A stretch of 64,000 bases of DNA from Ascoidea asiatica JCM 7603. Taxonomy: Eukaryota; Fungi; Ascomycota. Numbering within the stretch: position 1 is the first letter of the stretch; every line of letters begins with the position of its first letter. Where the stretch lies: the NCBI GenBank assembly GCA_001600695.1, contig BCKQ01000001.1, positions 1,873,671-1,937,670 on the forward strand, given 5' to 3'. Positions 10,830 to 23,090 of this stretch are shown here, one piece after another. The notes beneath the pieces were generated by a model. That model worked only from the letters and a program-made list of their open reading frames with translations. It was not told the DNA's origin and made no database searches. Both the position numbers and the translations under genes were made by a program.

Positions 10830-13800
10830 TTTAGTAGCTAATGGTGATTAATTATTTTATTATTTGATGGATTGAATAATTGATTAATTAATTAATATAG
10901 GTAATTAATGTGAGGATGTTATTCACTACAGATTAATTGGTCTGAGAAAAAAAAAAATGATTGAATAATACAATGATATAATAATAATAATATATAAGTA
11001 TAATAATATTGATATAAAAACTTGATGGAAAAGTTGAAAGTGTTTAAGCTTAATTAGTATTATAATATAAGGACCAAATTATTTAAGGTATATTATGAAT
11101 ATTACGTATATTATAATAGAATGTATTAACGGTAAGTTAAGCTAGACTATATTCAAATTAACTTGATTAATTGTTTTGGAATAACTTCGATAATAGTACT
11201 GAATAGAATAACAATAAAACAATAATAAAACAAAAAAAAGAAAAGAAAAAAAGATAGAATTATTAAAATATAAAAAAGATCAAAAAGATGAAAAAAGAGA
11301 AAAATGAGTGGGTTTGGTTAAGTATTTATAATTGAGTAAAAATGAGTAAAATTTTGAGTAAAAATGAGTGAACTTGAATGAAATTGAGGGAAATGGAGGA
11401 TATATTATTGAAGATATGAAAGTTTAGAAATGGTCAGGCGTACAAAATAAATAGGGAATTTGAATCTTTGAGTTTTTTTGAATTCTTTTTATTTTTTAAA
11501 TACTTTGGAATTTAAATTGGATGAAAATTATTTTGAAGTGGTATTAATTTGAAATTTGCGACTTAAAAAAGGGAAGATCACATAAAAAAATAGAGTGATA
11601 AATGAAATGAAATATTTCAATTAGTGCTGCTCTGGCTTTAAAGAAAGCAATATTAAAGAGATAAATAAAGAGATAAATAAATAGCTTCTAGTAGTAGAGC
11701 TTAATTAAAATAATAGCCCTGGACTTACAGAGGGCAAAGTGGCCCAGATTCACTGAGACAGCTCATAGACAAAAATGCACCATCTAGCCACAAGCCAGAT
11801 GTTTATTTACTTACTACTTGTACCATTACTGGCAGTAAAATCAGTGCAATATAATACAATCAATTAATCAATCAATCAGTTTCGCTTCTGTAGTCAGAAA
11901 TCGATAGCTAGTAGGTATTGCTTGGAAATTTCCTGGAACTGCCAGTTCCAATACAAGCAACTTGTGAGACCTCTGAGAGCGCTAAGACCTCTAAGCATAA
12001 AGACCAGACAGATACTTTGTATACTATACTTATTAACATATTCATATATCCTTCGTTATATCTTCGTTTTTTGCCATTTTTTACACCCTTTTTTGTTTCA
12101 TTCTTTTAAATCTTTTTTTTATATTCACTTTTTCTTCCTTTTCCACTCTTGGTAAATAATTTGTGGGTAAAGATATCAATGAGCAGCTATGGTATCGTTA
12201 GGCTAATCTGTACAGAGCCAGTGCTGCTTCAGTGCTCGACACTTAGCAGTGAAGATAGAAACAGAGAGAGCTGAACTGTGCTACGGTGCTGCGAAAGTGA
12301 TCAGCGTTACTATAACGTTGCTTTAACGTTAGTTTTACGCTACTACTGTGGTATGCCACTGGCGCACGTTGACTAAGATCACTTGCAAAGGCCCATTTCT
12401 TAAGCGAGCCAGTTCCACGGTACGGTGATACCGTGGTACCGTAAGCAGTCTACCGTAGGGCCTCTTGTATTAAATGAACCCATGGATTGGAATGCTCGGC
12501 ATTCCTACTGTGGAAGTTACCAAGATTCGCCGGATCTTAAGTGGTTTTCGTATCCCACTTGTGTGAAGACGTACTAAACTACTACGCTGTAAAACACTTA
12601 TATCTGCTTTCCAGCTCAAACCTACCGTATAAATCTATAGATTAATGTACAAACTGTATTAATAATAGTCAGTAAAAAGATTGTGTCCATATAATTTAAT
12701 TTCTTATCAATTTACAATTGTTCTCCTCTCCGTAGTCGCACTCACTCCCCTATTTTTTCTTTAAAAAAAAAAAGTGAATGGCAATTACTATTAAGCCAAA
12801 CTGAAACTGGCGGCATCACGTGCTTATACTCTTGGCATCCCGTTTTTTTAAAGCACTTAGCTTTTACTGTGTGAGTAGGATACTTTAGATTTTGCTCCGC
12901 TTTGAATACGAACGCAATCCTGGTTAAAAAAACCTTAACCTTACCTTAAGTAAAAAAAAAGTCAAAATATTTGGGTTTCTGTTTGAGTTTCTATTTAAGT
13001 TTTTAATTGAGTTTATGTTTGTGCTTTTAAGTAACATTGCTCTACTATTCATAGTTTACACATACCTTAACGTTTAACAACGTAAACCAAAATATGCCTT
13101 GTTTTACTCAAATGTATTGCGAAAACCATTTCTCATCTTTGTGTATTAATGTTACTGTTATAACGATATAATTGATATTATTATATTATATTATATTATA
13201 TTATTACGTTATTATTATGCAAATTTAGCTTGACACTTACAACACTAACAAACAACGTAACATTTTCTTCCGGCGAAGAATATCATCGTATTCGACTATT
13301 CGATATTAAATACGTATTTTTTCTGAGATTGGATTGTCAGTGTTTATTCATTGGATATTAATTTATTAATTGTTTTAGCTTCTGAATTATATTATTCTCC
13401 AACTAACAATAACCATTACTACTATCATTATTATTGTCATGATCTTGTTGTTTCAGAATGCAAATCCTTATCTAATAAATAATTCATAAAAGGATAATAA
13501 AAATATAATCATGAATTGCACTAATAATTGATATCAGATATAATTTGAAATTAATTTCACAATTTCACACTAACTTTGAATAAAAATTAAATTAAATAAT
13601 CTGGTTTCATGATAAACAAAAAAAAATAAGTGTAAAATATTTTACACTAAAAGTAGAATTTCAACTTTTTACACTAAAATTAATTTGAAATTAATTCCAC
13701 TTCTAAGCTAAATTGTTTTTTTTTTTTTTTATTTAACTCCACTTCTATTGTGATATCATCTAATTTTCTCATCTATCCAATATCTAAAATCATAAATCTG

Positions 13801-15494
13801 TTCGTCAATGTTACATTCTATCGAGTACTTTTTTCAAATATTTTACCGTAGGCTTGTATCATTCTATTGAAATTAAAGACAAATTCAAATTTATGTTCAA
13901 ATTCAAGTTCAAATTTTGATACCAAAAGTGATGTATGAAATTTTATGAAAGTCCAAACAATTTAAAGCTTTCATCTTTGGGATAAAAAAAAAAAATGACA
14001 GAAAATGCTTTTTCATTGGCTGTACAAATTGGATTACTGATACTAATAATCTGGGGATATTTATATTTTCAATAAATAGCAGAGAGTTTTATTTTCTCCT
14101 TAGTAAAAATAACTGAGAGCTCTTAGGAATTGGAAAATGAATTTTGTCTGTTACGTTTTGTTTCATTTTTCAACTTCAAATTACAAAAAAAAAAGACTTA
14201 TAAAAAGTACATAAACAGGGGCTAATTACATATATAATCAATTAAGAACAATACGTATTATAAAGCAATTAGCTTCAAAAACCACATCTTAATTCTAAAC
14301 TCTTTTTTTTTGAAAAGAAAACTACATCAATTCAAAAGAGACAAATATAAATATTATTCTCTTGAGATACAATTTATAATGAACAATTACCATTGGTTAT
14401 AAATATCTGTACCATAAGTAGGTTTCCCCAGCAATTCAATATTTGTTCTTCAAGAGTCATTTTAATTTAATTACATTTTGAAGCTAAAATAAAAACAAGT
14501 TCAATTTCTAAATTCCTGAGTTTATGCCTTTCTTAAATTCTTTCTTAATTCCGTTTTAACTCCTTTTTAACTCTTTCTAAATCTCGCTTACTTCCTTTCT
14601 CAATTTTCATACTAAAATTTTTCTTATTTTTCAATTGTAAGAAAAATACATGAATATTCCTTATACCTAATACTAACTTTATTTCTTGTTTTTCACAAAG
14701 TGCTAATCAAATTAATATTTAAAATTAAGAATTGTTTTTTTTTTTTCTCTCAAAAAGATCAATAGCCGAGGAAAATGTGTTTATATGCACCGTAACTTAC
14801 TCACCAACAGTACAAACCTTCTCAAAGTTGCGTGCAGAATTGCACTGAACGTTTCTTTTTTTTTCTTTGTTTTTTTGTTTTTCTGTGAAATGATGTATGC
14901 ACATACCAGTATTGTAAGGTTTGATATTTTATAGAGTACTTTGAGTTTAAGACATACTGTTTATTGCCGAACTATCCGATTTTCTGAGCAACCAAATTTT
15001 TTTCTCCTTTTCCATTTATTTAGGTTCTTATCCTGTTAGTAAAAATCCTGATAACAATCTGTTATTTTTTTTTTTCTCGTGATCGTCGTTGGTTGTGATT
15101 GGCCCTTTTTAAACATTTTTTAGGGCCATGGAAAAACCCGGGTTGCTTTTCTTGATCAAGCAATACAAATATTTAGGACTTGCAAGTGTCCTAAATATGC
15201 CTTAATTTGACGTTACCTTGTTTCCCATTTAAAGATTTTTTTCAAGGGTTTTTCAGCAATCGACTAAGAAAAAACTTAAAATTCATAAATTCGGTAATTT
15301 ACTAAGCTTTTTCCAATTGGCTACAATTGAAATATTGAAATATTCTTATCATATTGTAAAAAGTATGAGTAAAGATTGAAAAAATATTAATTGTATTTGT
15401 TCTAGATATGTTTTAAATATTCAATTATCCAATTTTTTATTATATTTTTTAGTTTATTTTTAATCAGTAGATTCATTATTATAATTTAAATAAA

Positions 15495-17105
15495 ATGACA
15501 AATTTATTAAATAATTCATTGGATAAATTTTCAGGAAAATTGATTGATTTAAAAGAAGTTATTTCAAATTTAAAGAAATCAAAAAGTTTGAATGATTTAA
15601 ATATTAAACAACATTTATCTTTTGGAAACTCAATTTCAACTTCAACTTCATTTACAAAAAAATATAATGATAAATATGATAATTTAAATTTGAAATTATC
15701 AAAAATCTCAAAAAATAATTTTGATTCAATTGAAATTTTAGATAAAGATATTTTGAATTTCAAAATAAAAACCTCAAAAAACAAACAAGAGAAAGAAGAT
15801 GATGAAAATAAAAATAAAAATAAAAATGAAAATGAAAATGAAGATGAAGATGAGAAAAGTATATTAAATTGTAAAAAAATTAACAAATTATCAAATAATA
15901 AATTCAATTTAAAAATTTCATGTTTTCAACCTTTTAGAGATTTTGAATGTAATTTAAATAAATCATTATCAAATAAAAAAATAAATGAATTAAATCTAAA
16001 GTTAAATTGGATGAAATCTTTAAATACAAATATTTTTATTGTTTGTTTAAATTCAGATTTATCTATTAATCAAGATAATTTTATAAAAAATAATTCAATT
16101 TTAATTAATGATTTAATAAATTTATCTAAAATTGTTGGAAATTTTGATAAAAATTATAAAATTGCAATAGAAATTTTATCTTGGTCATCATATATTAAAA
16201 ATTTAAAAGATTTATTTAAAATTATTTCAAATTTAAATTTAAATAATTTAGGTATTTGTTTTGATTCTTTTCATTACTTTAATGAATTTAAAATGAATAT
16301 GAACATCAATAAGAATAAAAATATGATTGATCTAAATTTAATTGATGAAATAATTAAAAATAATAAATTATTTTTTATTCAATTATCAGATTCTTTAAAT
16401 TTAAATTTCAATTATTCAAAACCTATAAATTTTTTAAATTATTCAAGAAATTTTAGAGTTTTACCATTTCAAGGAGAGTATTCTAATGAATTAATTCAAG
16501 TTATTGATAAATTAATCAATTATAAGAAAGAAATTGAAAAAAATAAGGAAAACATTAATTTCAATTTTTCAATTCCAGAATATTTATCACTTGAATGCTT
16601 TCATCCATTTGATACTGTTAATTATAATGATGCAATTGTCTCGTTAAATTATTTACAATTATTTTCTGAAATAAAGAATTCTAGAGATGAATTCAAAGAT
16701 ATAATAATATCAAATGTTATGTATTTTAAAATTTCTGAAAATAATCAAATTCAAATATATCTTAATTATGAAAAAGATATTGTAAAAATAATAAAAAGAG
16801 CTTATTTTATTGGTTATAATGAAGTCTTAGAAACTTTTCAAGATTTGAATATTCAATTTTTCTCAATTGACTTAGATAATAATATCAATTCTTATATTTC
16901 CAAAGAACAGAATAAAGTTGATCAATATTATTGCTCTGAAGAAGAATTTTATTCAACAAAACTTTTGTTTGCAGCTTTATTTGATATTCTTCCAGAAAGG
17001 AAAAAAGATGATTTAAATTCAGGATCATTTACTTTTACTTCTGGAAACTCTTTTGATATAAAAATAATTGATTTTGATATAAATGTGAAAAAAATATTCG
17101 AATAA
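15495..17105 (+). CDS. Xylose-isomerase-like TIM barrel (AP_endonuc_2); 3-dehydroshikimate dehydratase (QuiC/QutC)-like
   Basis: FQPFRDFE, IAIEILSW, LGICFDSFH, FFIQLSD, SRNFRVLPFQG and LSLECF match QuiC1-type motifs, including the metal ligands. Confidence 0.72.
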   Translation: MTNLLNNSLDKFSGKLIDLKEVISNLKKSKSLNDLNIKQHLSFGNSISTSTSFTKKYNDKYDNLNLKLSKISKNNFDSIEILDKDILNFKIKTSKNKQEKEDDENKNKNKNENENEDEDEKSILNCKKINKLSNNKFNLKISCFQPFRDFECNLNKSLSNKKINELNLKLNWMKSLNTNIFIVCLNSDLSINQDNFIKNNSILINDLINLSKIVGNFDKNYKIAIEILSWSSYIKNLKDLFKIISNLNLNNLGICFDSFHYFNEFKMNMNINKNKNMIDLNLIDEIIKNNKLFFIQLSDSLNLNFNYSKPINFLNYSRNFRVLPFQGEYSNELIQVIDKLINYKKEIEKNKENINFNFSIPEYLSLECFHPFDTVNYNDAIVSLNYLQLFSEIKNSRDEFKDIIISNVMYFKISENNQIQIYLNYEKDIVKIIKRAYFIGYNEVLETFQDLNIQFFSIDLDNNINSYISKEQNKVDQYYCSEEEFYSTKLLFAALFDILPERKKDDLNSGSFTFTSGNSFDIKIIDFDINVKKIFE

Positions 17106-17335
17106 TGAAAATAATTTATCTGAGATTTATTACAAATTTATTTTCTCAAATGACGCCATAATTGGGGGACTTCTTGTGGCGTGGGTTTTTGTAAACGAAA
17201 ATGTTAAAAAAAAAAGTAGCTTTAAATATTTGCCTGTATTGATAATAGAAATCAGTTTATGAAAATTATGTAAATAATATATATATAAACTATAATATAA
17301 TATAATATAAGAAAAGTAGTTGATATTCATTAATA

Positions 17336-17632
17336 ATGGATAATAAAGCAATTGAAGATTGTATACTTCAAGAAATTAAAGAATGTAACTCAAATATTGA
17401 TCAAGATATTGAAATTCAAATTAAAGATAATATTTTAAATGATTTTAATAATTTAAATAAATTTCAAGGTTTATTAAATGAGAAAAGAAATGCAATAAAG
17501 AAATTGAATGAATTTATAAATCAAATCATTGTAACTACAACATTATCTTCATTATCTGGTTTAAATCCAGATGTTAATTCAAATGAAGGAATTTTGTTAA
17601 ATATTTTAAAACAATTTTCTTCTTCAACTGTA

Positions 17633-17680
<48 letters not shown>

Positions 17681-18610
17681 TTAAGTCCTGATAATATTAT
17701 AAGTAATAGTGTCATAAGTAATCTTCTGAATGGTCCTATGAAGGATGTTCTACATAATAATATAGATAATAGTAATCATAATGTTACAAGTAATAAAGAA
17801 AATAATCAAATACAAATTGGTCATGAAATTTCAAAAGTTGATCAATATAATAATATATCAAATTTGAGTTCAAATACAAATGAACTAGAATCTCCAATAA
17901 TAGATAATACTTCTAATAATGATAAAGTAAATAAAACTAGTAATAATTCTTCAGGAATTGAAGCTTTAGAAAAACTTAATAATATATTAAATCAAAATCT
18001 TAACTCGAATATTAATACCCCTACAAATACAATTAATGAAAAACAATTAATTGATTCAAATCAAACTAATTCATATAATGACTATAATCCACACAATGAG
18101 TATAATAATAAATATAATAATAATGATGATATTCCAATGAAAAGAGTTGAAAATATAAATAATTATGAAGAAGCAATAAATTATATAGATAAAATTTTAA
18201 TTACAAATGAAATTTTTTTAAATCAAATTAAATTAATGATAAATAAACAAGAAAAAATTGAAATTCAATATAATAAAAAATTTCAGAATGAAATTAAGAT
18301 TGAAATCAATAAATTTAAAGATAAATTAAATGAAATTAAACCAAGTGATAAAATTAATGAAAATGATATTAATGATGATAATAATGAAAATAATATTTTA
18401 AAATTAAAATATATTGAAAAAATTAATGAAAATATTTATAAAAATTCAATTGAAGAATTTTATGAAATTAATCAAGAATTAGTTAAAGAATTTCATAATG
18501 AATTTAAAATTTTAAGAGTACCTTTATTTTGTTTAAATAGAAATTTATATTATAAAGAATTAATGTTTGATAGAAAAAAAATTATTGATTATTTATATAA
18601 TCTAGTTTAA
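17336..18610 (+). CDS. Uncharacterised protein with a DUF2458-like C-terminal domain
   Basis: INNYEEAINYI..IKLMINKQEKIE..LRVPLF pattern recalled from fungal DUF2458; poly-Asn centre. Confidence 0.55.
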
Positions 18611-18640
18611 AAGGATTAGTAACAGAACCTTAATAAAATA

Positions 18641-19453
18641 TCAATAAAATAAATTCAAATTTTCATCACTTTCATAATCACTATCATAATCACTCTGATT
18701 ATCACTTTCATTATCATTATCATTATCATTATCATTATCATTGAATTGATTAATATAGTAATTTTCTCTAGAGATACCTAAAGTTAATTCTCTTGATTTT
18801 TTTTCAATTATAAGTTTAAAAGAATTTGGTAAAGATTCAATGAATAAATTTGGTGGTTTACCATAAACATAAGAAAATGGAGGTATAACCATTTTATCAG
18901 GTATTATTGAATTTTTTTTAATTAAAACATTATCATAAATTATTGATAAATTACCTAAAATTGAATTTTTTTCAATATAAACTTTATTACCAATATTTAA
19001 AGATTTAATTTTACAATTTTTTTCAATGGTTGTAAAAGAACCAATTTTTATTGTTGTATGAATTTTTATAATTTCAAATTTTTCCTTAATTTTATTTGTA
19101 TTATTGTTATCTTTATCTTTATTTAAATTTTTATTTAATCTTTTTTTGAAACCTAATATTGGTGGAATTATTTCTGTTTTTTCTTTAATATTTGAATATT
19201 TTCCAATTTGAATTGCAATTTTTCTAGAATTATCATTTTGAGAAGTATTTTCACCATTTTTGCCACCAGAACCAACACCAGAAGAACCTGAAGCACCAGA
19301 AGAACTAGAACTCGAAGTGTTCAATCTGACATCGCCATTGAGCTTTGCAAATGGATATATTGTTGAATTTCCAGCAAGAAGAATGTTTGGAGCTCCAAGA
19401 ATTATTGCTTTCTTTGATATTCGATTACCAGACACTGTTTCTATCCAGTCCAT
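18641..19453 (-). CDS. Dynactin subunit 5 (p25), left-handed beta-helix
   Basis: WIETVSGNRISKKAIILGAPNILLAGNSTI, hexapeptide repeats and VIPPFSYVYGKP. Confidence 0.85.
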   Translation of the reverse strand: MDWIETVSGNRISKKAIILGAPNILLAGNSTIYPFAKLNGDVRLNTSSSSSSGASGSSGVGSGGKNGENTSQNDNSRKIAIQIGKYSNIKEKTEIIPPILGFKKRLNKNLNKDKDNNNTNKIKEKFEIIKIHTTIKIGSFTTIEKNCKIKSLNIGNKVYIEKNSILGNLSIIYDNVLIKKNSIIPDKMVIPPFSYVYGKPPNLFIESLPNSFKLIIEKKSRELTLGISRENYYINQFNDNDNDNDNDNESDNQSDYDSDYESDENLNLFY

Positions 19454-20077
19454 AGTTGATTATTCATTCCCACTTCTTCAGTTCATCAATCCTAAGTTTC
19501 TTCTTCGCTGTCTTCAATCTATTCTTCAATTTCTTGTTCTACTCTTCATTCTCTTTCTGATTTCTTCTTCTTCTTCTTCTTCTTCTTCTTCTGATTCTTC
19601 TTTTGTTTTTGTTTTTGTTTTCGTGTTTTATTGAAAAGTCGTGCTTTGACTGAGATAGCAACGTGTCGATGAGACCCTTCAATATTTGGGATACTGTTGC
19701 TACACCAGCCACAAAATTACTTATATCATCCAGTAGAAATTTTTCAAAAGTAATACCCTCATACTTATAATAAGGCTTCATACCCTCTTGAAACACCACT
19801 TTTCTTCTTGTTTTGGTGTTCATTTTCTCCTGCCATCAATTGATGCCAGTCTGAATTTGACAGATGAACTGAAAATAAAAATAAACGTTTATTTTTTGGT
19901 TATTATTTTTATTATTTAATCCCATAAATATCATTCAATTTCCCCAGATATTTATATATTTTGTAATTTATATTTCAATTTATATCTATCTCTGTTAAAT
20001 TTTTAAATTCAATTGCTTTCTCTTGGTTCTGTTTTTTTTTTCTTTCGATTTTTACTGTGATTATTTCTCTCTTCAAA

Positions 20078-21520
20078 ATGGCTGATAAATTATTTCAACT
20101 TAAATCTGGTATGTCTCAAGTTTACTAAATTTTACTCTGGATTTCGGATAATTCATTTTCATTTTCATTTTCATTTTCATTTTCATTCACTCGAATTATT
20201 CTTACTAACATTTCAAAAGGTTATCAAAATTATGATTGGGGTAAACTTGGTTCAACATCTGCTGTTGCAAAATTTGTTTCAAATTCAAGTCCTGATATTA
20301 AAATTGATGAATCAAAACCATATGCTGAATTATGGATGGGTACACATCCAAAAACTCCTTCATATAATTTAAATACAAATGATTTATTAATTGATATAAT
20401 TTCAAAAAATCCAAATTATTATTTAGGTAAAAAAATTTCAAAAATTTATTTAAATAATTTACCATTTTTATTTAAAGTTTTATCAATTAAAAAAGTTTTA
20501 TCAATTCAAGCTCATCCAAATAAAATTTTAGCTAAAAAATTATTTAAAATTGATCCAAAGAATTATCCAGATGATAATCATAAACCTGAAATGGCAATTG
20601 CAATAACAAAATTTGAAGGATTTTGTGGTTTTAAACCATTAAATGAAATTAAATATTATATTAATAATATAATTGAATTAAAAAATTTAATTGGTGGTGA
20701 TGAAATAGTTAATGAATTTAATCAAAATATTAAAATTAATTCAATTAATTCAATTAATTCAAATAAATCTTTAATTAAAAAAATTTATAATAATTTAATG
20801 AATTCAAATAATGAAGAAATTATTAAAAATTCAATTTCTTTAATTAATTCAATTAAAACAAATTCAAAAATTTTTCAAAAATTTGATAATGATTTACCAG
20901 AATTAATTTTAAAATTAAATAATCAATTTCCAAATGATATTGGTTTATTTTGTGGATGTTTATTATTAAATTATTGTAAATTAAATCCAGGTCAATCATT
21001 ATTTTTAAAAGCTTTAGAACCTCATGCATATATTTCTGGAGATATAATTGAATGTATGGCAGCAAGTGATAATGTTATAAGATCTGGATTTACACCAAAA
21101 TTTAAAGATGTTAATGTTTTAGTTAATAATTTAACTTATAAATATGATTCTGTTGAAAATCAATTAATGAATCCAACAATTTATTCAAATTGTGAAGCTT
21201 CTTCTTCTTATTCTTCTTCAAAGGCATTATTATATAATCCACCAATTGATGAATTTCAAGTTTTAAAAACAGAAATTAATTCAATTAATGATTCAATAAA
21301 ATTTAATAAAATTAATGGACCAAGTATTTTAATTACAACTGAAGGTAATGGTAAAATTGAAAATCTTGAAACTGGTGAAATTTTTGATTGTAAAACTGGT
21401 TTTATATTTTTCATTGCTGCAAATTGTGAAATTAAATTATCTTCAAATGATGTTAAAGAAGAAGAAGAAGATAATGATACTAGTAAAAGTTTTATAACTT
21501 ATCGTGCTTTTTGTGATTAA
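20078..21520 (+). CDS. PMI40: Mannose-6-phosphate isomerase; exon 1 is 20078-20108 and exon 2 is 20220-21520
   Basis: The spliced N-terminus reads MADKLFQLKSGYQNYDWGK; also YAELWMGTHP, LSIQAHP, YPDDNHKPEMA and ECMAASDNVIR. Confidence 0.96.
20109..20219 (+). other. Spliceosomal intron of PMI40 (111 nt)
   Basis: GTATGT donor at 20109, TACTAAC branch at 20203-20209 and AAG acceptor ending at 20219; splicing restores the frame after a 31-nt exon. Confidence 0.93.
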
Positions 21521-21559
21521 TTTATTTATATATATATATATATTTATATATTTATATAT

Positions 21560-22411
21560 TTATATAATATTATTTTTTTTATAATTTTCAATTTTTTTCT
21601 TTAATTGATTTGAATTTAATTGAAAAATATTTAAATTTTTATCCCATTGCATTTTATCATAATTATTATTATATTTATTAATTAAAGATTTTATCCAAAA
21701 TGATTCTCTTTCACTTATAAATCTTTTTTTATGAATTAAAGGTCTATTTGCAAAATTATTTAATTTATTAATAAATTCATTTGAATCATTTGATTTATTT
21801 AAATTTTCTTTTTCAATTAATTTATCTTTAATTTTATATTTATTATATTTTTCATTAAATTCATCATCACTTTCACCATCTGATAAAACTTGTTTTTTAC
21901 CATATATAACTTTTATAACATTTCCAAGTTTATCTCTTATTATTCTTGCTTCACCTTCAGGAATTTTATTTTCATCAATTTCATCATCAGAATCTAAATC
22001 AGAATCAGAATCAAGGTTTTCTTGAATATTGAAAGTATTAGATTCTTTATTTATTATATTATTATTATTATTATTATTATTATTATCTTCATTAACTTCT
22101 TCTTCAAGTTCATTAAAAAAATCATTAACACCTTCATTACTTAAATCTAAATTTTCAAGAATTTTTTTTTTTTTTATAGGATCATCAACATCATAAAATG
22201 GTTTTATATTTTTTTCTTTACCACCTCTATAATTTGATAATTTTGGTTTAATACCTAAATTTTTATAATTTTGAATTAAAGTTAATTTTGGATTCCAATG
22301 ATCTTTTATTAATGGATATGTTTTATAATTTATTTGTCTTTGTTTATCTTTTGTTCTTCTTGAAATTTTTGAAGAAGATTTTGTTGCATTTCTCTTTCTC
22401 ACAGATACCAT
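21560..22411 (-). CDS. NOP16: Nucleolar 60S biogenesis protein Nop16
   Basis: MVSVRKR, HWNPKLTLIQNYKNLG, IPEGEARIIRD and MQWDKNLNIFQ; convergent with PMI40 as in S. cerevisiae. Confidence 0.92.
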   Translation of the reverse strand: MVSVRKRNATKSSSKISRRTKDKQRQINYKTYPLIKDHWNPKLTLIQNYKNLGIKPKLSNYRGGKEKNIKPFYDVDDPIKKKKILENLDLSNEGVNDFFNELEEEVNEDNNNNNNNNNIINKESNTFNIQENLDSDSDLDSDDEIDENKIPEGEARIIRDKLGNVIKVIYGKKQVLSDGESDDEFNEKYNKYKIKDKLIEKENLNKSNDSNEFINKLNNFANRPLIHKKRFISERESFWIKSLINKYNNNYDKMQWDKNLNIFQLNSNQLKKKIENYKKNNII

Positions 22412-22583
22412 TTTTGAAATATAAATATAAATATCAATAAGTAATTAATAATGTAATTATGAAATAGTTTTAATTATTCTTTTCTTCTTTCCAGTGTTTA
22501 AATGACAGTAAATTAAAAACAAAATTAAAAATAAAATAAAATAAAAAAAAATTAAAATTTCAATAAAAATATTAAATCCGCTA

Positions 22584-22708
22584 GTCACGGAAACTTAAAT
22601 TTCAGATCCTTGTCACGGAACTGAAAAAAAATTCAAAAAACTCCGCCATTTCAAATTACGTAATCTCTGACTAATCAAAACGTGACAATTACGTAATTTC
22701 TTACGTAA
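22584..22708. promoter_or_regulatory. NOP16 promoter motif cluster
   Basis: GTCACGGAA at 22584 and 22612; TTACGTAA at 22656, 22689 and 22701; RRPE-like TGAAAAAAAATT at 22622. Confidence 0.5.
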
Positions 22709-23090
22709 TCTGAAAAAAATGAAAAATGAAATTGAAAAATGAAATTGAAAAATGAAACCTTTTTTTTTTTTTGTGTTTCTGTGGGAAATTGAAGAAATCA
22801 AAAACAAAGAAAAGTAAAAGAAAGTAAACAAAAACTTACACTTAAAAACAGATCAGAAACAACTCGAGAATTCATTTACAAATGATCAAATGATCAACAA
22901 GTTGAAACAATCATTAAAGTCTAAATAAAGTATTTTGTAGTTAAGTTACAAAGTGTATGAAAGAAAAGAAAATGATGAATTATTAATCAATAAAGACAAT
23001 TAAAAACTGAAAACTTGTATTCTGAATTGAAGAATGTTTGAAGACATATATTATTTGATAAAAAATTTGAATTATTTAAACTATTTAAAA

